IMG/VR virus record: IMGVR_UViG_3300036852_000533
Span: 1 to 52,184 of that record
Source: a virus
Taxonomy: Duplodnaviria > Caudoviricetes
Direction: 5' to 3' (one strand)
Length of the DNA: 52,184 bases
The position numbers and the translations under genes were made by a program. Shown here piece after piece: positions 1 to 8,522 of this stretch. Under the pieces are notes generated by a model. The model did not search any database, was not told the DNA's origin, and saw only the letters and a program-made list of their open reading frames with translations. Position 1 is the first letter of the stretch; every line of letters begins with the position of its first letter.

Positions 1-127
1 GGGGGGGAGATTCCATCGAGGATTAAAAATGAAAACTGAAATTAAAGACGGCGGCCCAGCGTTCCCGCTTTGCACCCTCAATCCGTCGGACGGAACCAAG
101 TTTCTCTGGCAACAGGGAATGACCCTG
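1..127 (+). repeat. Terminal direct repeat, copy 1 (assembly circularisation overlap)
   Basis: Identical to 52058-52184; cuts through ORF 29..283. Confidence 0.95.
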
Positions 128-283
128 CGCGATCACTTCGCAGGCCTGGCCATGCAGGCGATTTTCTCGCGCTCAGAATCAATTAGCTGTCCCCAATCGA
201 GACTCGACGATGTAGAAAAGTGGGCTGATTATTCATATCAAATCGCCGACGCCATGATAGCCGCACGGGAGAGGAAGCCATGA
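29..283 (+). CDS. Conserved phage early hypothetical protein (GGPAFP...GMTLRDxFA family)
   Basis: DGGPAFP, GMTLRDHFAGLAMQ and YQIADAMIAAR motifs are common in small phage proteins; GAGG RBS upstream. Confidence 0.8.
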   Translation: MKTEIKDGGPAFPLCTLNPSDGTKFLWQQGMTLRDHFAGLAMQAIFSRSESISCPQSRLDDVEKWADYSYQIADAMIAARERKP

Positions 284-477
284 GCGACTACGCCGAACTG
301 TGCAAAGACCTGCGCGAACAGCGAAAGCTCGACCGCGAGAGGTATGGCGTGCCGTGCCCTGAGTGCGTCAGGCTGCTGCCGAAGGCGAATCCATCCATCC
401 TTCTGCCCGGCCAACGATGCCGCATCCACCGATACCGCGACCCGCGCAAACCCGAGAACAAACCACCGACCCCATGA
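280..477 (+). CDS. Small hypothetical protein with CxxC
   Basis: ATGA overlaps with both neighbours; CPEC motif. Confidence 0.65.
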   Translation: MSDYAELCKDLREQRKLDRERYGVPCPECVRLLPKANPSILLPGQRCRIHRYRDPRKPENKPPTP

Positions 478-1340
478 AAACCACCAAACCGGAAGAATCA
501 CAACAACTAGCCATGCTCGAACCGCCAGAATCGCAACTGCCCGCGCGCCAAGTCGCCTCGCTCACAGGCATCAACATCGCCGCGCTGATTGACAAGGCGG
601 TGGACGCCAAAGCCGCCATTGAAGTCTTGAAGGAACTCCGCGCGATGGAGCGCGACATTGCCGCCGAGCGTTCCAAGGCCGCGTTCGATGAGTCCATGTC
701 CGGGTTTCAGGTGGAGTGCGAACCCATCCTGAAAGAGAAGGGCGTGCCCACGTCGTCCGGTGCGATGGCTTACAAGTACGCTCCGATTGAGGCCATTGAG
801 ATTCAGATTCGCCCACTCTGCCGCAAGCACGGCTTCTCGCACACGTTCGACACCGACACGACCAGCGCGGAGGGCTGGGTGATCGCCAAGTGTCTGGTGA
901 CTCACAAGGATGGCCACTCGCGCGTCAGCACGGCGAAGTTTCCGCTCGGGACCAAGACGAACATCATGTCGAATACGCAACAGTACGCAGCCGCCCTGAC
1001 GTTCGCCAACCGCCGCGCACTCTGCAACGCCTACGGCTTGATTCTGGTAGGTGAGGATTTGGATGGTGACAGCGGCAGGCTTAAAGGCTCCAAAACCACC
1101 GTTCGCCCGCAAGCGCAACCCACCCACGACGACGCCACGAACAAGCGCAAGCTCGTGGACATGCTGCGGAATGTCATTGGCGTTGCCTCTGGTTACAATC
1201 TCGACTTGCGGGCAAAGGAACTGCTAGACGGTTATCTCCATGACGAAAACATCATTGGAGATCAGCAAGGACTGTCAGACCTGGCTGGTGCGGAACTGGC
1301 CAACGCCGTCGCGAAGGTTCAGGCGAAATTGAGCCTATGA
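474..1340 (+). CDS. erf: ERF-family single-strand annealing protein
   Basis: YKYAPIEAI..IRPLCRKHGFS and QYAAALTFANRRALCNAYGL..EDLDG match ERF motifs; start reassigned to ATG 474. Confidence 0.85.
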   Translation: MKTTKPEESQQLAMLEPPESQLPARQVASLTGINIAALIDKAVDAKAAIEVLKELRAMERDIAAERSKAAFDESMSGFQVECEPILKEKGVPTSSGAMAYKYAPIEAIEIQIRPLCRKHGFSHTFDTDTTSAEGWVIAKCLVTHKDGHSRVSTAKFPLGTKTNIMSNTQQYAAALTFANRRALCNAYGLILVGEDLDGDSGRLKGSKTTVRPQAQPTHDDATNKRKLVDMLRNVIGVASGYNLDLRAKELLDGYLHDENIIGDQQGLSDLAGAELANAVAKVQAKLSL

Positions 1341-1382
1341 AGACTCCCGAACTCGCCCGCGACGAGGGCGGTCGCTCGTAAG

Positions 1383-1697
1383 ATGGACACTCAAAGTGCA
1401 AAGCCGATCGGAGCGCAGGACAATGGCGCGGTTCGCTGCACTGTCGGGTTAGGCGCACGGAGTGAGTCAGCAACGAGTAAATGGCGAAGAAACAACCCAG
1501 AGAGGGCACTGGCCAAACACCTGAAAGATGAAGCGAAGAAAAACGAACGAAAACACGAAGCGGGCGGGCGCGCAGAAACCCAAACGAAATGTGTCGAGTG
1601 CGGGATGGTCTTTGACCGCACGGAGGCACACGTCCGAGGCTTCCGAATCCTCAAAGGAAACCGGGGCTACAACTGCATCTGCGATGAGTGCGCCTAA
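1383..1697 (+). CDS. Cassette-borne Zn-finger-like protein, paralog of 8685..8990
   Basis: CVEC...CICDECA; stop TAA lies in the GCCTAAC core box; reads through an attC half-site. Confidence 0.7.
   Translation: MDTQSAKPIGAQDNGAVRCTVGLGARSESATSKWRRNNPERALAKHLKDEAKKNERKHEAGGRAETQTKCVECGMVFDRTEAHVRGFRILKGNRGYNCICDECA
1426..1454 (-). repeat. attC half-site (R''/L'' arm only)
   Basis: Plus strand GCGCGG-TTC-GCTGCACT-GTCGG-GTTAGGC, same layout as the arms of the intact sites; partner arm not found. Confidence 0.6.
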
Positions 1698-1797
1698 CGT
1701 CGCATTAAGCCACGCCGATGAAACCTGAACCGTCCAATCTCGCCGCGAACCCTGTGCCGCCAACGCCCCCGGCGCTGGCTTCAGTAAGTGGTTATGC
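1692..1797 (-). repeat. attC recombination site (intact)
   Basis: Plus strand GCCTAAC-GTCGC-ATTAAGCCACGCCG ... CGGCGCTGGCTTCAGT-AAGTG-GTTATGC; imperfect hairpin with unpaired bases on the right arm. Confidence 0.8.
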
Positions 1798-2023
1798 GGT
1801 GGGTGACAAAGTGACGGCAACGAGAAACATCTGGAGTGCTGCCAACGAGGACTCGCCCATGTATCTCTGCGCTTATCGTGGCGACATCTTAGAAATCCGC
1901 CGACTTGGTTCGTGTGGGTGGGCCTGCTACGTCGCACATCCCGAAAAAGAATCCGGCCCAATGTTTGGTGTCGAGGCTGGTGAAATCAAACCGCATAACG
2001 CAAAATCACAAAAGGGCAAATGA
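1718..2023 (+). CDS. Cassette-borne hypothetical protein
   Basis: Starts inside the attC loop; body bounded by the inverted pair GTTATGCGGT (1791) / ACCGCATAAC (1990). Confidence 0.7.
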   Translation: MKPEPSNLAANPVPPTPPALASVSGYAVGDKVTATRNIWSAANEDSPMYLCAYRGDILEIRRLGSCGWACYVAHPEKESGPMFGVEAGEIKPHNAKSQKGK

Positions 2024-3033
2024 GCTTTCAAAAGTGCCAAATCGTCGGGGTGAACATCTCACCGACGACGTACCATCAACCTCAGAAACACGAGCGCGGG
2101 TCGCCGGAGTTTGTCATGTCTCAATCCGCACTTAAATCCTTCGGAAAATGCCCAAGCAAATGGAAGGACGGCGCCGAGGAGGATGACACCGCTTCAATGG
2201 CGTGGGGCAACTTGGTTGACACGCTCGTTCTCACGCCACAGTTGTTCGCCGAACGCTATGCCATCCGACCCGAGACGTACAAGGATGAGAAGGGCAACGT
2301 GAAGGACTGGCATCCGAACTCCAACACCTGCAAGGCGTGGTTGGAAGCCTGTCACAAGTATGGTCGAGAGGCCATCAGCCGGGGCAAAGAATCCGAGGCG
2401 TCCAAGGCAGTTCTCAGATTGAAGCGCGACGTTCGCATTGCCGCGTTCTTGGCGGTCTGCAAGTTCCAAGTCGAGTTGCGCGGCTTCTGGAAGGACGACG
2501 TGACCGGACTGGAGATACCCGTGCGCTGCCTTTTGGACGCCGTGCCAGAAGGTGACAGTGAATTCGGGAATGACCTTGGCGATCTAAAAACCTCCAAGGA
2601 TGTTTCGCTTTACACCTTCCGCAGGCAGGCTGTCCGGCTCGGATACCACATTCAATCCGCTTTCAGCTTGGACTTCTTCAATGCTGCCAGTGGGCAGCAG
2701 CGCAACCAATGGCGATTTCTCTTGCAGGAGAGTGATCCGCCGTACCAGACGGGCCGGCGCATTTGCACGTCCTACGAGAACCCGCAGGATGCACCACCGC
2801 AGAACTTCATCCAGTTCGGGCGCGACGAATACAAGCGGATGATGCGGAACTACTGCATCTGCCTCAAGGCGGGCGTGTGGGGCGATTTCGATACGACCGA
2901 CGAAAGCGTAGAGGGCTGGAGCGTGCTTGAAGCCGACCCATGGGCCGTGAATGACGCCCTGTTCGCCCCCAAATTCCAGTTGCCCGAGAGTGCGGAGGAT
3001 TTACGGGTCAATGTGGAGGAGATCACACCATGA
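2020..3033 (+). CDS. RecE/exonuclease VIII-like PD-(D/E)XK nuclease (DUF3799-like)
   Basis: SQSALKSF..CP, MAWGNLVDTLVL, RCLLD..DLKTS and GYHIQ motifs; near the SSAP gene. Confidence 0.8.
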   Translation: MSFQKCQIVGVNISPTTYHQPQKHERGSPEFVMSQSALKSFGKCPSKWKDGAEEDDTASMAWGNLVDTLVLTPQLFAERYAIRPETYKDEKGNVKDWHPNSNTCKAWLEACHKYGREAISRGKESEASKAVLRLKRDVRIAAFLAVCKFQVELRGFWKDDVTGLEIPVRCLLDAVPEGDSEFGNDLGDLKTSKDVSLYTFRRQAVRLGYHIQSAFSLDFFNAASGQQRNQWRFLLQESDPPYQTGRRICTSYENPQDAPPQNFIQFGRDEYKRMMRNYCICLKAGVWGDFDTTDESVEGWSVLEADPWAVNDALFAPKFQLPESAEDLRVNVEEITP

Positions 3034-3254
3034 TGACACCATTTACTCAGATAAAATCACAACAGTTTCGCATCTACGAATTAGAACAAGAACGCGACGC
3101 CCTCCGACAAAAACTTAGAACTTGCATGGAAGAAAAAGGCGGGGTCACAGCCAATTACCTTAAGTGCCAGAACGATTTCAATGTCCTGAAACAACAAGTC
3201 GCCGCAATGCGAAAGGATAAACCGTGGAAACAAGAATCATTTACAACTGGCTGA
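3030..3254 (+). CDS. Small coiled-coil hypothetical protein
   Basis: ATGA-coupled to the exonuclease gene; heptad-like sequence. Confidence 0.6.
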   Translation: MMTPFTQIKSQQFRIYELEQERDALRQKLRTCMEEKGGVTANYLKCQNDFNVLKQQVAAMRKDKPWKQESFTTG

Positions 3255-3640
3255 TCGGAGGCTATTGGCCAGGCACCATTACGAAGCGCGGCCTCACAAT
3301 CTGGATGGGCTACTACTTCAACCACGATACGCTCCGCGGACGCTTCTCCTACTGGCTTCTCAACCTCGATTGCGCCATGCGTCGTTCTCCGCACGACCTG
3401 AAATTATGGCTGGCCGACCAGCTTTCACGCGCGGCCATGCGCTTGCGGGGCGAAAAGGTGAGTGTTTTTGGATTCTACGATTACGCCAAGGGCAATCGCG
3501 CTGCGCAACTGTGCGATGCCGTGGATTTTGACCATTGTCTCAACTGGTCGAATGACGAGGCTGACATGATCGAGGAAAACCGGGCCAGACTCCAGGAACT
3601 TGCGAGCCTTGCGGGAGCGACCTGGAGAAGCAACCCATGA
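3224..3640 (+). CDS. Hypothetical protein
   Basis: In operon; AGGA RBS before GTG. Confidence 0.6.
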   Translation: METRIIYNWLIGGYWPGTITKRGLTIWMGYYFNHDTLRGRFSYWLLNLDCAMRRSPHDLKLWLADQLSRAAMRLRGEKVSVFGFYDYAKGNRAAQLCDAVDFDHCLNWSNDEADMIEENRARLQELASLAGATWRSNP

Positions 3641-3753
3641 AACCCATCGCCAGCTTCTGCCTCGTCATCTTCATCGCCTTATGTGTGGCAGCGTTCGCTG
3701 CCGTCACGCTGGCGGCCATTTACTTCTTGGCGACGATCTTCAGCCAGTCCTAA
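3637..3753 (+). CDS. 38-aa single-TM membrane peptide (below the ORF-track cut-off)
   Basis: MKPIASFCLVIFIALCVAAFAAVTLAAIYFLATIFSQS; ATGA overlap with the upstream gene. Confidence 0.55.
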   Translation: MKPIASFCLVIFIALCVAAFAAVTLAAIYFLATIFSQS

Positions 3754-3788
3754 AAAGTAAATCCCGCCAGCCCTTTCGGACTGACGGG
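3752..3788 (-). terminator. Intrinsic terminator for 3810..4457
   Basis: Minus strand CCCGUCAGUCC-GAAA-GGGCUGGCGGG, 11-bp stem with GU pairs, followed by AUUUACUUUUU. Confidence 0.8.
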
Positions 3789-3809
3789 AGCACTTGGAAA
3801 AATTCCCGG

Positions 3810-4457
3810 TTATGGCGTTCTAGGATTGATCGTCACCGTACCATCGGGAGACACAGAGACGGAATTGGTCTGTCCGCCCACGCGCACGAGCGAAGCATTG
3901 CCCCAAGGCGTGACCGCCTTGACCGCTACAATGGCGGGGTCATTCTTCAATTCGCGCGCCAGCTTGCCCAAGCCAGCCGTTGAGCAGCCGGTGAGCGTCA
4001 TTGAAGCAGTCCCGAGCGAGAGCGCGCCGACCAGAAACCACAGACCCACTTTTCCACTGCCTGAAATAACATCTTGATCAAGGAGCGGATTCTGTTTCAC
4101 GAGAGCTTGGTGTCCCCACGTCGCCAATCCGCCCATGACGGCGCCAACATCGCCGCTGCCAGTCCAATAACCGGCTTTTCCGCCAATGTAATCAAGCAGT
4201 GCGCCAATCACCGGGCCGCACCAAGGCAGCGCGGCATCGGGCACGAACTTCAACCATTTCTTTATGGCCATTACGAGCGCGCCGATAACTGGCACGAACA
4301 GGAACTTCCACGCGCTGAATCTGGCCACAAGGTCGTGAATCTTTTGATCGGTCGCGTTCAGTTCCGGTGGCGCATTGGAGACGGTCTGCGCCAGAACCGT
4401 AAACGCGAGTGCGAAAAGCGGGATGAGGACGAGAAACCAGCGGATGTGATTCTTCAT
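3810..4457 (-). CDS. Membrane protein: N-terminal signal/TM, holin-like core, C-terminal lipobox segment
   Basis: VPVIGALVMAIKK..VPDAALPW..VIGALL..GAVMGGLATWGH resembles small 3-TM phage holins; a later hydrophobic stretch ends in LTGC. Confidence 0.6.
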   Translation of the reverse strand: MKNHIRWFLVLIPLFALAFTVLAQTVSNAPPELNATDQKIHDLVARFSAWKFLFVPVIGALVMAIKKWLKFVPDAALPWCGPVIGALLDYIGGKAGYWTGSGDVGAVMGGLATWGHQALVKQNPLLDQDVISGSGKVGLWFLVGALSLGTASMTLTGCSTAGLGKLARELKNDPAIVAVKAVTPWGNASLVRVGGQTNSVSVSPDGTVTINPRTP

Positions 4458-4463
4458 GCCTTG

Positions 4464-4492
4464 GTTTTACGCCGATTGCAAAAATCGTGCAA
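4464..4492 (-). promoter_or_regulatory. Sigma70-like promoter, probably leaderless, for 3810..4457
   Basis: TTGCAC-17 nt-TAAAAC, then 6 nt to the ATG; overlaps a TTGCA..TGCAA palindrome. Confidence 0.55.
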
Positions 4493-4597
4493 GAAAAAGC
4501 TTGCGTGTTGTTTATTAACTGTTAAACATGCATAAGTGATCCGCAGCCGCAGCCGCAGCCACGGCGAAATTTGTCAGCCGTCAGCCATCATGTGTCT

Positions 4598-4882
4598 ATG
4601 AACGCGACAATCTATTTCATCTACGAACTGGAAGCCGCGAGAAGCTTCTCGTGCAAGAACACCGTCGAGGACATCGAGGGAGAAATCCGCTACTGGCTCG
4701 GCAAGAGTCCAGGAATGTTCAAAGACCAGCTCAGGGAAATCGTCGTCGTGCCGGATGACCAGAAGAAGGACTGGATGTATGTGCTCCAAAAGCTGGAGGA
4801 CGAACAATCCGAGGCTGAGGAACGCCATCGCCTCAAAGCCGAGAAACGCGAATATGACCGGCTGAAGGCGAAGTATGGCTAA
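4598..4882 (+). CDS. Hypothetical protein
   Basis: ATG at 4598; stop lies in the degenerate core box GGCTAAT. Confidence 0.65.
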   Translation: MNATIYFIYELEAARSFSCKNTVEDIEGEIRYWLGKSPGMFKDQLREIVVVPDDQKKDWMYVLQKLEDEQSEAEERHRLKAEKREYDRLKAKYG

Positions 4883-5723
4883 TGACCAAGCTCAAGCAAT
4901 GACCACCGGACCCACAACGACCACTGAACTACCGGCGATCCCGCCGTTGGCTGGGCGGACTGATTCGACTGATTCTCGTCCGAATCATAAAACACTCGTC
5001 AGGAAATCCGCCGCATGGCTGCGCAACCGGAAAAATTGCAATGTGGTGTTCGCGGAACTGGCGACGCAAAATAACGAGACGCCGGATGTCATCGGCTTCC
5101 ACGGTGCCGGCGGATCAATACTCGTGGAATGTAAAACCAGCCGCGCCGATTTCCTCGCGGACAAAAACAAAATCTTCCGGCACCACGAGGAAATGGGAAT
5201 GGGCGATGCGCGATACTTCGCCGCACCCAAAGGACTGCTCAAGCCGGACGAACTCCCGGAAGGATGGGGGCTGCTGGAAATTACTGACGCTGATGGCAGA
5301 ACCTACGAAACCAAACAGGCGACTTACAAGGAGGCGAACAAGCGTGCCGAGGTCAAGATGCTCATGTCGGCAATTCGCCGTCTGGAAATCTCGACGGCAG
5401 TGTTCGTGCGCGCCGAGGAGGAGAACAGTGCGCGCCCAGACATGGTGGCGCGATGGGCGAAAATCTGCCACGAAGCACACGACCGCGATGAAGCATGGAT
5501 AGCCATGCTCCGCCGCGAAGGAATAAAAGCCGCGCACCCTGACGACGGCTGGGTGGACAGGGAGAATAACACCGTCCACTTCGCGTATCCGCAATTCAAT
5601 GATGGCGCTGGCATCGGTGACAAAATCGCTCTCGGCTGGGCATCCGACAAATGGCGCATCGTGACAATCACGGGCCGGGCCGATGGGCTGCTATTAGAAC
5701 GTTGGGCCTTTTCGTCGAACTGA
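4875..5723 (+). CDS. PD-(D/E)XK / MmcB-like nuclease domain fused to a second unknown domain
   Basis: ETPDVIGF..ILVECKTSRADFLAD..GMGDARYF..ELPEGWGLL in the N-half; unrelated C-half begins at MVARWAK. Confidence 0.65.
   Translation: MANDQAQAMTTGPTTTTELPAIPPLAGRTDSTDSRPNHKTLVRKSAAWLRNRKNCNVVFAELATQNNETPDVIGFHGAGGSILVECKTSRADFLADKNKIFRHHEEMGMGDARYFAAPKGLLKPDELPEGWGLLEITDADGRTYETKQATYKEANKRAEVKMLMSAIRRLEISTAVFVRAEEENSARPDMVARWAKICHEAHDRDEAWIAMLRREGIKAAHPDDGWVDRENNTVHFAYPQFNDGAGIGDKIALGWASDKWRIVTITGRADGLLLERWAFSSN
4877..4969 (-). repeat. Degenerate attC
   Basis: GGCTAAT-GACCAA-GCTCAAGC resembles the left arm at 8985; right arm TTG-GCTGGGCG-GACTG-ATTCGAC; both cores mutated and stem weak. Confidence 0.45.
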
Positions 5724-5829
5724 TAACATCATGGGAAAGATTGCAACAAAAGCTCTGAGCTTCCGTGAGCGCCGCGCCGAATTCTCGACGCGCATCATGG
5801 CGAATGGCCGGCAGAACGCGCGATAAGTT

Positions 5830-6045
5830 ATGAAACTGGTAAACGCCGGCGACAGAGTGGCGGAAGCCTCATTCGCCCCAGCGTCCGAACTACCAACCAG
5901 CATGAATGGCCGATGCCCTCACTGCAACGACTGGACATGGGAACGGCTGTGGGGTGCTCTTGTCCAATGTCTTCAATGCGGGAGGCGCTACTACCACCGG
6001 GGCTGCGAACGGCGAATGCAGCACGACGACAAGCTGAGGCACTGA
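5830..6045 (+). CDS. Small Zn-ribbon-like protein
   Basis: CPHC...CLQC. Confidence 0.55.
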   Translation: MKLVNAGDRVAEASFAPASELPTSMNGRCPHCNDWTWERLWGALVQCLQCGRRYYHRGCERRMQHDDKLRH

Positions 6046-6049
6046 GGCG

Positions 6050-6340
6050 ATGCAAACGAAAATTTTACTCTGCAAGAAATGCGGAAAATATCTGGACGTA
6101 TGCAAATGCGCAGGGGCAAAGCCTCAGTTGCATCCAACGGGTGTTATGCGGCCACACCATAGAAAGAATATAGTACGCGAAGCAAAATCTGAGATCGAGT
6201 GGTGTAAGGATCAGATTGCGCTGACTCAACTCGGCGGTGAAACAAAGCCATACACGCGAGCCGAATGGATAGTCTGTATGAATCGAAGAATCGAGGCGAA
6301 TCAACAAATACTCAAAAAGCACAATGCTCTGGCCGCATAA
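6050..6340 (+). CDS. Cassette-derived hypothetical protein
   Basis: Segment 6143-6341 bounded by the 12-bp inverted pair GTTATGCGGCCA / TGGCCGCATAAC; stop in the core box. Confidence 0.65.
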   Translation: MQTKILLCKKCGKYLDVCKCAGAKPQLHPTGVMRPHHRKNIVREAKSEIEWCKDQIALTQLGGETKPYTRAEWIVCMNRRIEANQQILKKHNALAA

Positions 6341-6347
6341 CGAACCC

Positions 6348-6929
6348 ATGACAAAAAAAGAATGTATCATCAAAGCCTGTCAGGTAATCCGCAAGCGGGT
6401 GCGCTTCGATGGCGCGTCAATCTCGCTGCCGACGACTCCGTTTCCGGGTAATGACACGAAGGCAATCCGTGAGGCAACGCGCCTCTACGTGGAATCGTGG
6501 ATCGTGCCACTACTCGACTCCATCGAATCCGGCGACATGACCCGGATCCGACAATACTACGAATTTGAGAAGGGCCACAAAATGGAGTCGCCCAACGTAA
6601 AGGTGGGCGGTCAGAGTGGGCGCGAGAATATGAAAAATGAAACTCCGAGAAGCGATGCTGCCGAAGAACGAACACGGCTGAACTACGAGATGTCTCGCGA
6701 GTGCGGCGACCCGCCATATCCCGGTGCTGACATGGCAGACTTTGCTCGTGGGCTGGAACGCGAACTGAATGAGGTGCTGGCGGTGTTCCGCCACCGGCAT
6801 GTGAACAACGGCGAGAATGATGGCTGTAAAAAGTGCGGCCTCGATCTGCGCCACGAGATACATGAGCGCGTGGCCGCGCAGCCCAACGGCCCGGATGAGC
6901 GGCCCGGCGCTAACACCCCAAAACTCTGA
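6348..6929 (+). CDS. Hypothetical protein, probably two genes in frame (second start at 6630) joined across an attC remnant
   Basis: GCCCAAC-GTAAAG-GTGGGCGG half-site at 6590 precedes an internal MKNETPRSD start. Confidence 0.55.
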   Translation: MTKKECIIKACQVIRKRVRFDGASISLPTTPFPGNDTKAIREATRLYVESWIVPLLDSIESGDMTRIRQYYEFEKGHKMESPNVKVGGQSGRENMKNETPRSDAAEERTRLNYEMSRECGDPPYPGADMADFARGLERELNEVLAVFRHRHVNNGENDGCKKCGLDLRHEIHERVAAQPNGPDERPGANTPKL

Positions 6930-6991
6930 CATGCAAAACGACCTTCTAACTGCTGACGCTCCGCCGGGTTCACACCAGCGCATGGTTGTGC
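6881..6991 (-). repeat. attC site (intact cores)
   Basis: GCCCAAC-GGCCCG-GATGAGC-GG-CCCGGCG ... CGCCGGG-TTC-ACACCAGC-GCATG-GTTGTGC. Confidence 0.75.
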
Positions 6992-7004
6992 CCATACTAC
7001 CGAC

Positions 7005-7319
7005 ATGCACACAAACGAAAAACTAATCTTCGAGGAAATTACAAATCCGAATGTCCTGCCAAAACTCAAGCTGGATGTCGTGGAATGTCCCGACTGTCAC
7101 CACCGCATTGCAGTGCCGGTGAAATATACTGACTGGCAAGAAACCGCTGAACGCTATCGGCGCGCATACGAAGCAATGATGACCAAACTCGGCGTGCTGC
7201 TCAAAGAGGCCGGTGAACAATTCGACGTGCCGTTGGTGGAATACTTCGACACCGAACGGCAACTGATGATCCAAATGCTCAACGAAATAATCGCTGGACT
7301 CGATAAACGCGATGAATAG
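7005..7319 (+). CDS. Cassette-borne hypothetical protein
   Basis: Bounded by GTTGTGCC (6985) / GGCACAAC (7319); CPDC motif. Confidence 0.7.
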   Translation: MHTNEKLIFEEITNPNVLPKLKLDVVECPDCHHRIAVPVKYTDWQETAERYRRAYEAMMTKLGVLLKEAGEQFDVPLVEYFDTERQLMIQMLNEIIAGLDKRDE

Positions 7320-7454
7320 GCACAACGCCCGAACTGAGCGACCGGAGGCGAAACATGAATAGCGATATACGCATGATGAATGTGGAGGATCAGCAAGACC
7401 TAAAAACTTTCGAGCAGGACGAGCCTCCAGTTCGCTCCAGTGAGCTTTTTAGAT
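7320..7454 (-). repeat. attC site with mutated R'' core
   Basis: GCACAAC-GCCCGA-ACTGAGC-GA-CCGGAGGC ... GCCTCCAG-TTC-GCTCCAGT-GAGCTT-TTTAGAT (GTT changed to TTT). Confidence 0.7.
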
Positions 7455-7729
7455 GCGTCGAAGTATCAAGTCAACTAAAAGACAATCTGACCGTGATGAA
7501 ACGGCTAATCGGCGACAAATGGCAAGAGTCGTCGAAGGAATATCGGGTCATCCTGCTCGCAGTGATGGCCGCAAGCGGAGACACCAACCCGCTAGGCTGC
7601 GCGATACCGATGGCAAAGGAAATGTCCGAACGAGGACACAGCCCGCTCATGCTGCTGGCCGTCGCAACGGAAATGAGCGAAGCATCTGACGTAGAGCGCA
7701 GCGACGGCGCTCAGAAAGACTCACGATGA
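7355..7729 (+). CDS. Cassette-borne hypothetical protein
   Basis: GGAGG RBS and ATG inside the attC; stop inside the next attC. Confidence 0.7.
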   Translation: MNSDIRMMNVEDQQDLKTFEQDEPPVRSSELFRCVEVSSQLKDNLTVMKRLIGDKWQESSKEYRVILLAVMAASGDTNPLGCAIPMAKEMSERGHSPLMLLAVATEMSEASDVERSDGAQKDSR

Positions 7730-7774
7730 AAAAGAAAACACAACAGCGCCGTTCGCTGCCGCGACGGGCTATGA
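7684..7774 (-). repeat. attC site with both cores mutated
   Basis: ATCTGAC-GTAGAG-CGCAGC-GA-CGGCGCT ... AGCGCCG-TTC-GCTGCCGC-GACGG-GCTATGA. Confidence 0.65.
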
Positions 7775-7980
7775 CTCCGAAGGGTTGGCGGCGACTGCTC
7801 GTGGGAGAGATGACCAGAAAAGGCGACTGGCTGGAAAATGTCGGAGATGGTCCGTGGACACGTCTGCGCGTCCGTTACTGCCTTAAAGAAGTAGAAGGTG
7901 ATTGGCGTGCCATCATCCGCCGGACGACCTCTCGCAAAAGGAGTCCTAACGCAGACTTCAGACACCCCGCCACACCATGA
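7726..7980 (+). CDS. Cassette-borne basic hypothetical protein
   Basis: Start in the attC loop with ATGA overlap; ends GCTATGACTCC / GGAGTCCTAAC are imperfectly complementary. Confidence 0.6.
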   Translation: MKKKTQQRRSLPRRAMTPKGWRRLLVGEMTRKGDWLENVGDGPWTRLRVRYCLKEVEGDWRAIIRRTTSRKRSPNADFRHPATP

Positions 7981-8023
7981 CTACCGAACTTAAAATGACG
8001 CGCGATGGCGGGGTTGTCTGGAC
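7944..8023 (-). repeat. Truncated attC (R'' lost)
   Basis: TCCTAAC-GCAGAC-TTCAGACA-CCCCGCCA ... TGGCGGGG-TT-GTCTGGAC; no GTT core follows. Confidence 0.6.
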
Positions 8024-8031
8024 TCTCTAAC

Positions 8032-8322
8032 ATGAACGCAACATATCCAACCGTCGAAGAGCAGGAGAAACTAGAACCTGCCAGAACTGTGCCCCGCTGT
8101 CGTGAATCGCAACGCTGGCTGAAAGAAGCCGACAAAATCATCGCGGCATACCCGGAGAAACACCGCGAGTATCACGCAATGGTGCTGCGGCATACCTACG
8201 AGAACGGGCTGTATGACACGAACTGTGCAATCAAATCTCTCATGGCGATAAAGGAACTCATCATCAAGGGTGAATACTCTGACGAGCGCGTGCTGGAACT
8301 GATAAACGAAGGGCTGCAATGA
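8032..8322 (+). CDS. Hypothetical protein
   Basis: ORF in the coupled early operon. Confidence 0.65.
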   Translation: MNATYPTVEEQEKLEPARTVPRCRESQRWLKEADKIIAAYPEKHREYHAMVLRHTYENGLYDTNCAIKSLMAIKELIIKGEYSDERVLELINEGLQ

Positions 8323-8522
8323 ATCTCGTGATGCTCATAGAAGAAGGATGCCGGGAAGTCTATGTGAACCCGGAAAGCGTCGAGTCAGTCCAAAATGCCG
8401 CAGGCGGAAAAGACTCCATCTTGTATCTGAAAACCGGGCGAAAGCTGATAGTCACCGGGTCAAGTGGCGATGTAATGTGCAAACTCAAAGGCATACGCTC
8501 GTGGAGAGACGCCCTGAAATGA
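8319..8522 (+). CDS. Small beta-rich hypothetical protein (FlbD-like pattern)
   Basis: VYVNPESVESV..SILYLKTGRKLIVTGS..DV resembles FlbD-like small proteins. Confidence 0.5.
   Translation: MNLVMLIEEGCREVYVNPESVESVQNAAGGKDSILYLKTGRKLIVTGSSGDVMCKLKGIRSWRDALK

Noticed and set aside
4541-4560. CCGCAG tandem repeat
   Set aside because: Only about three units; no supportable function
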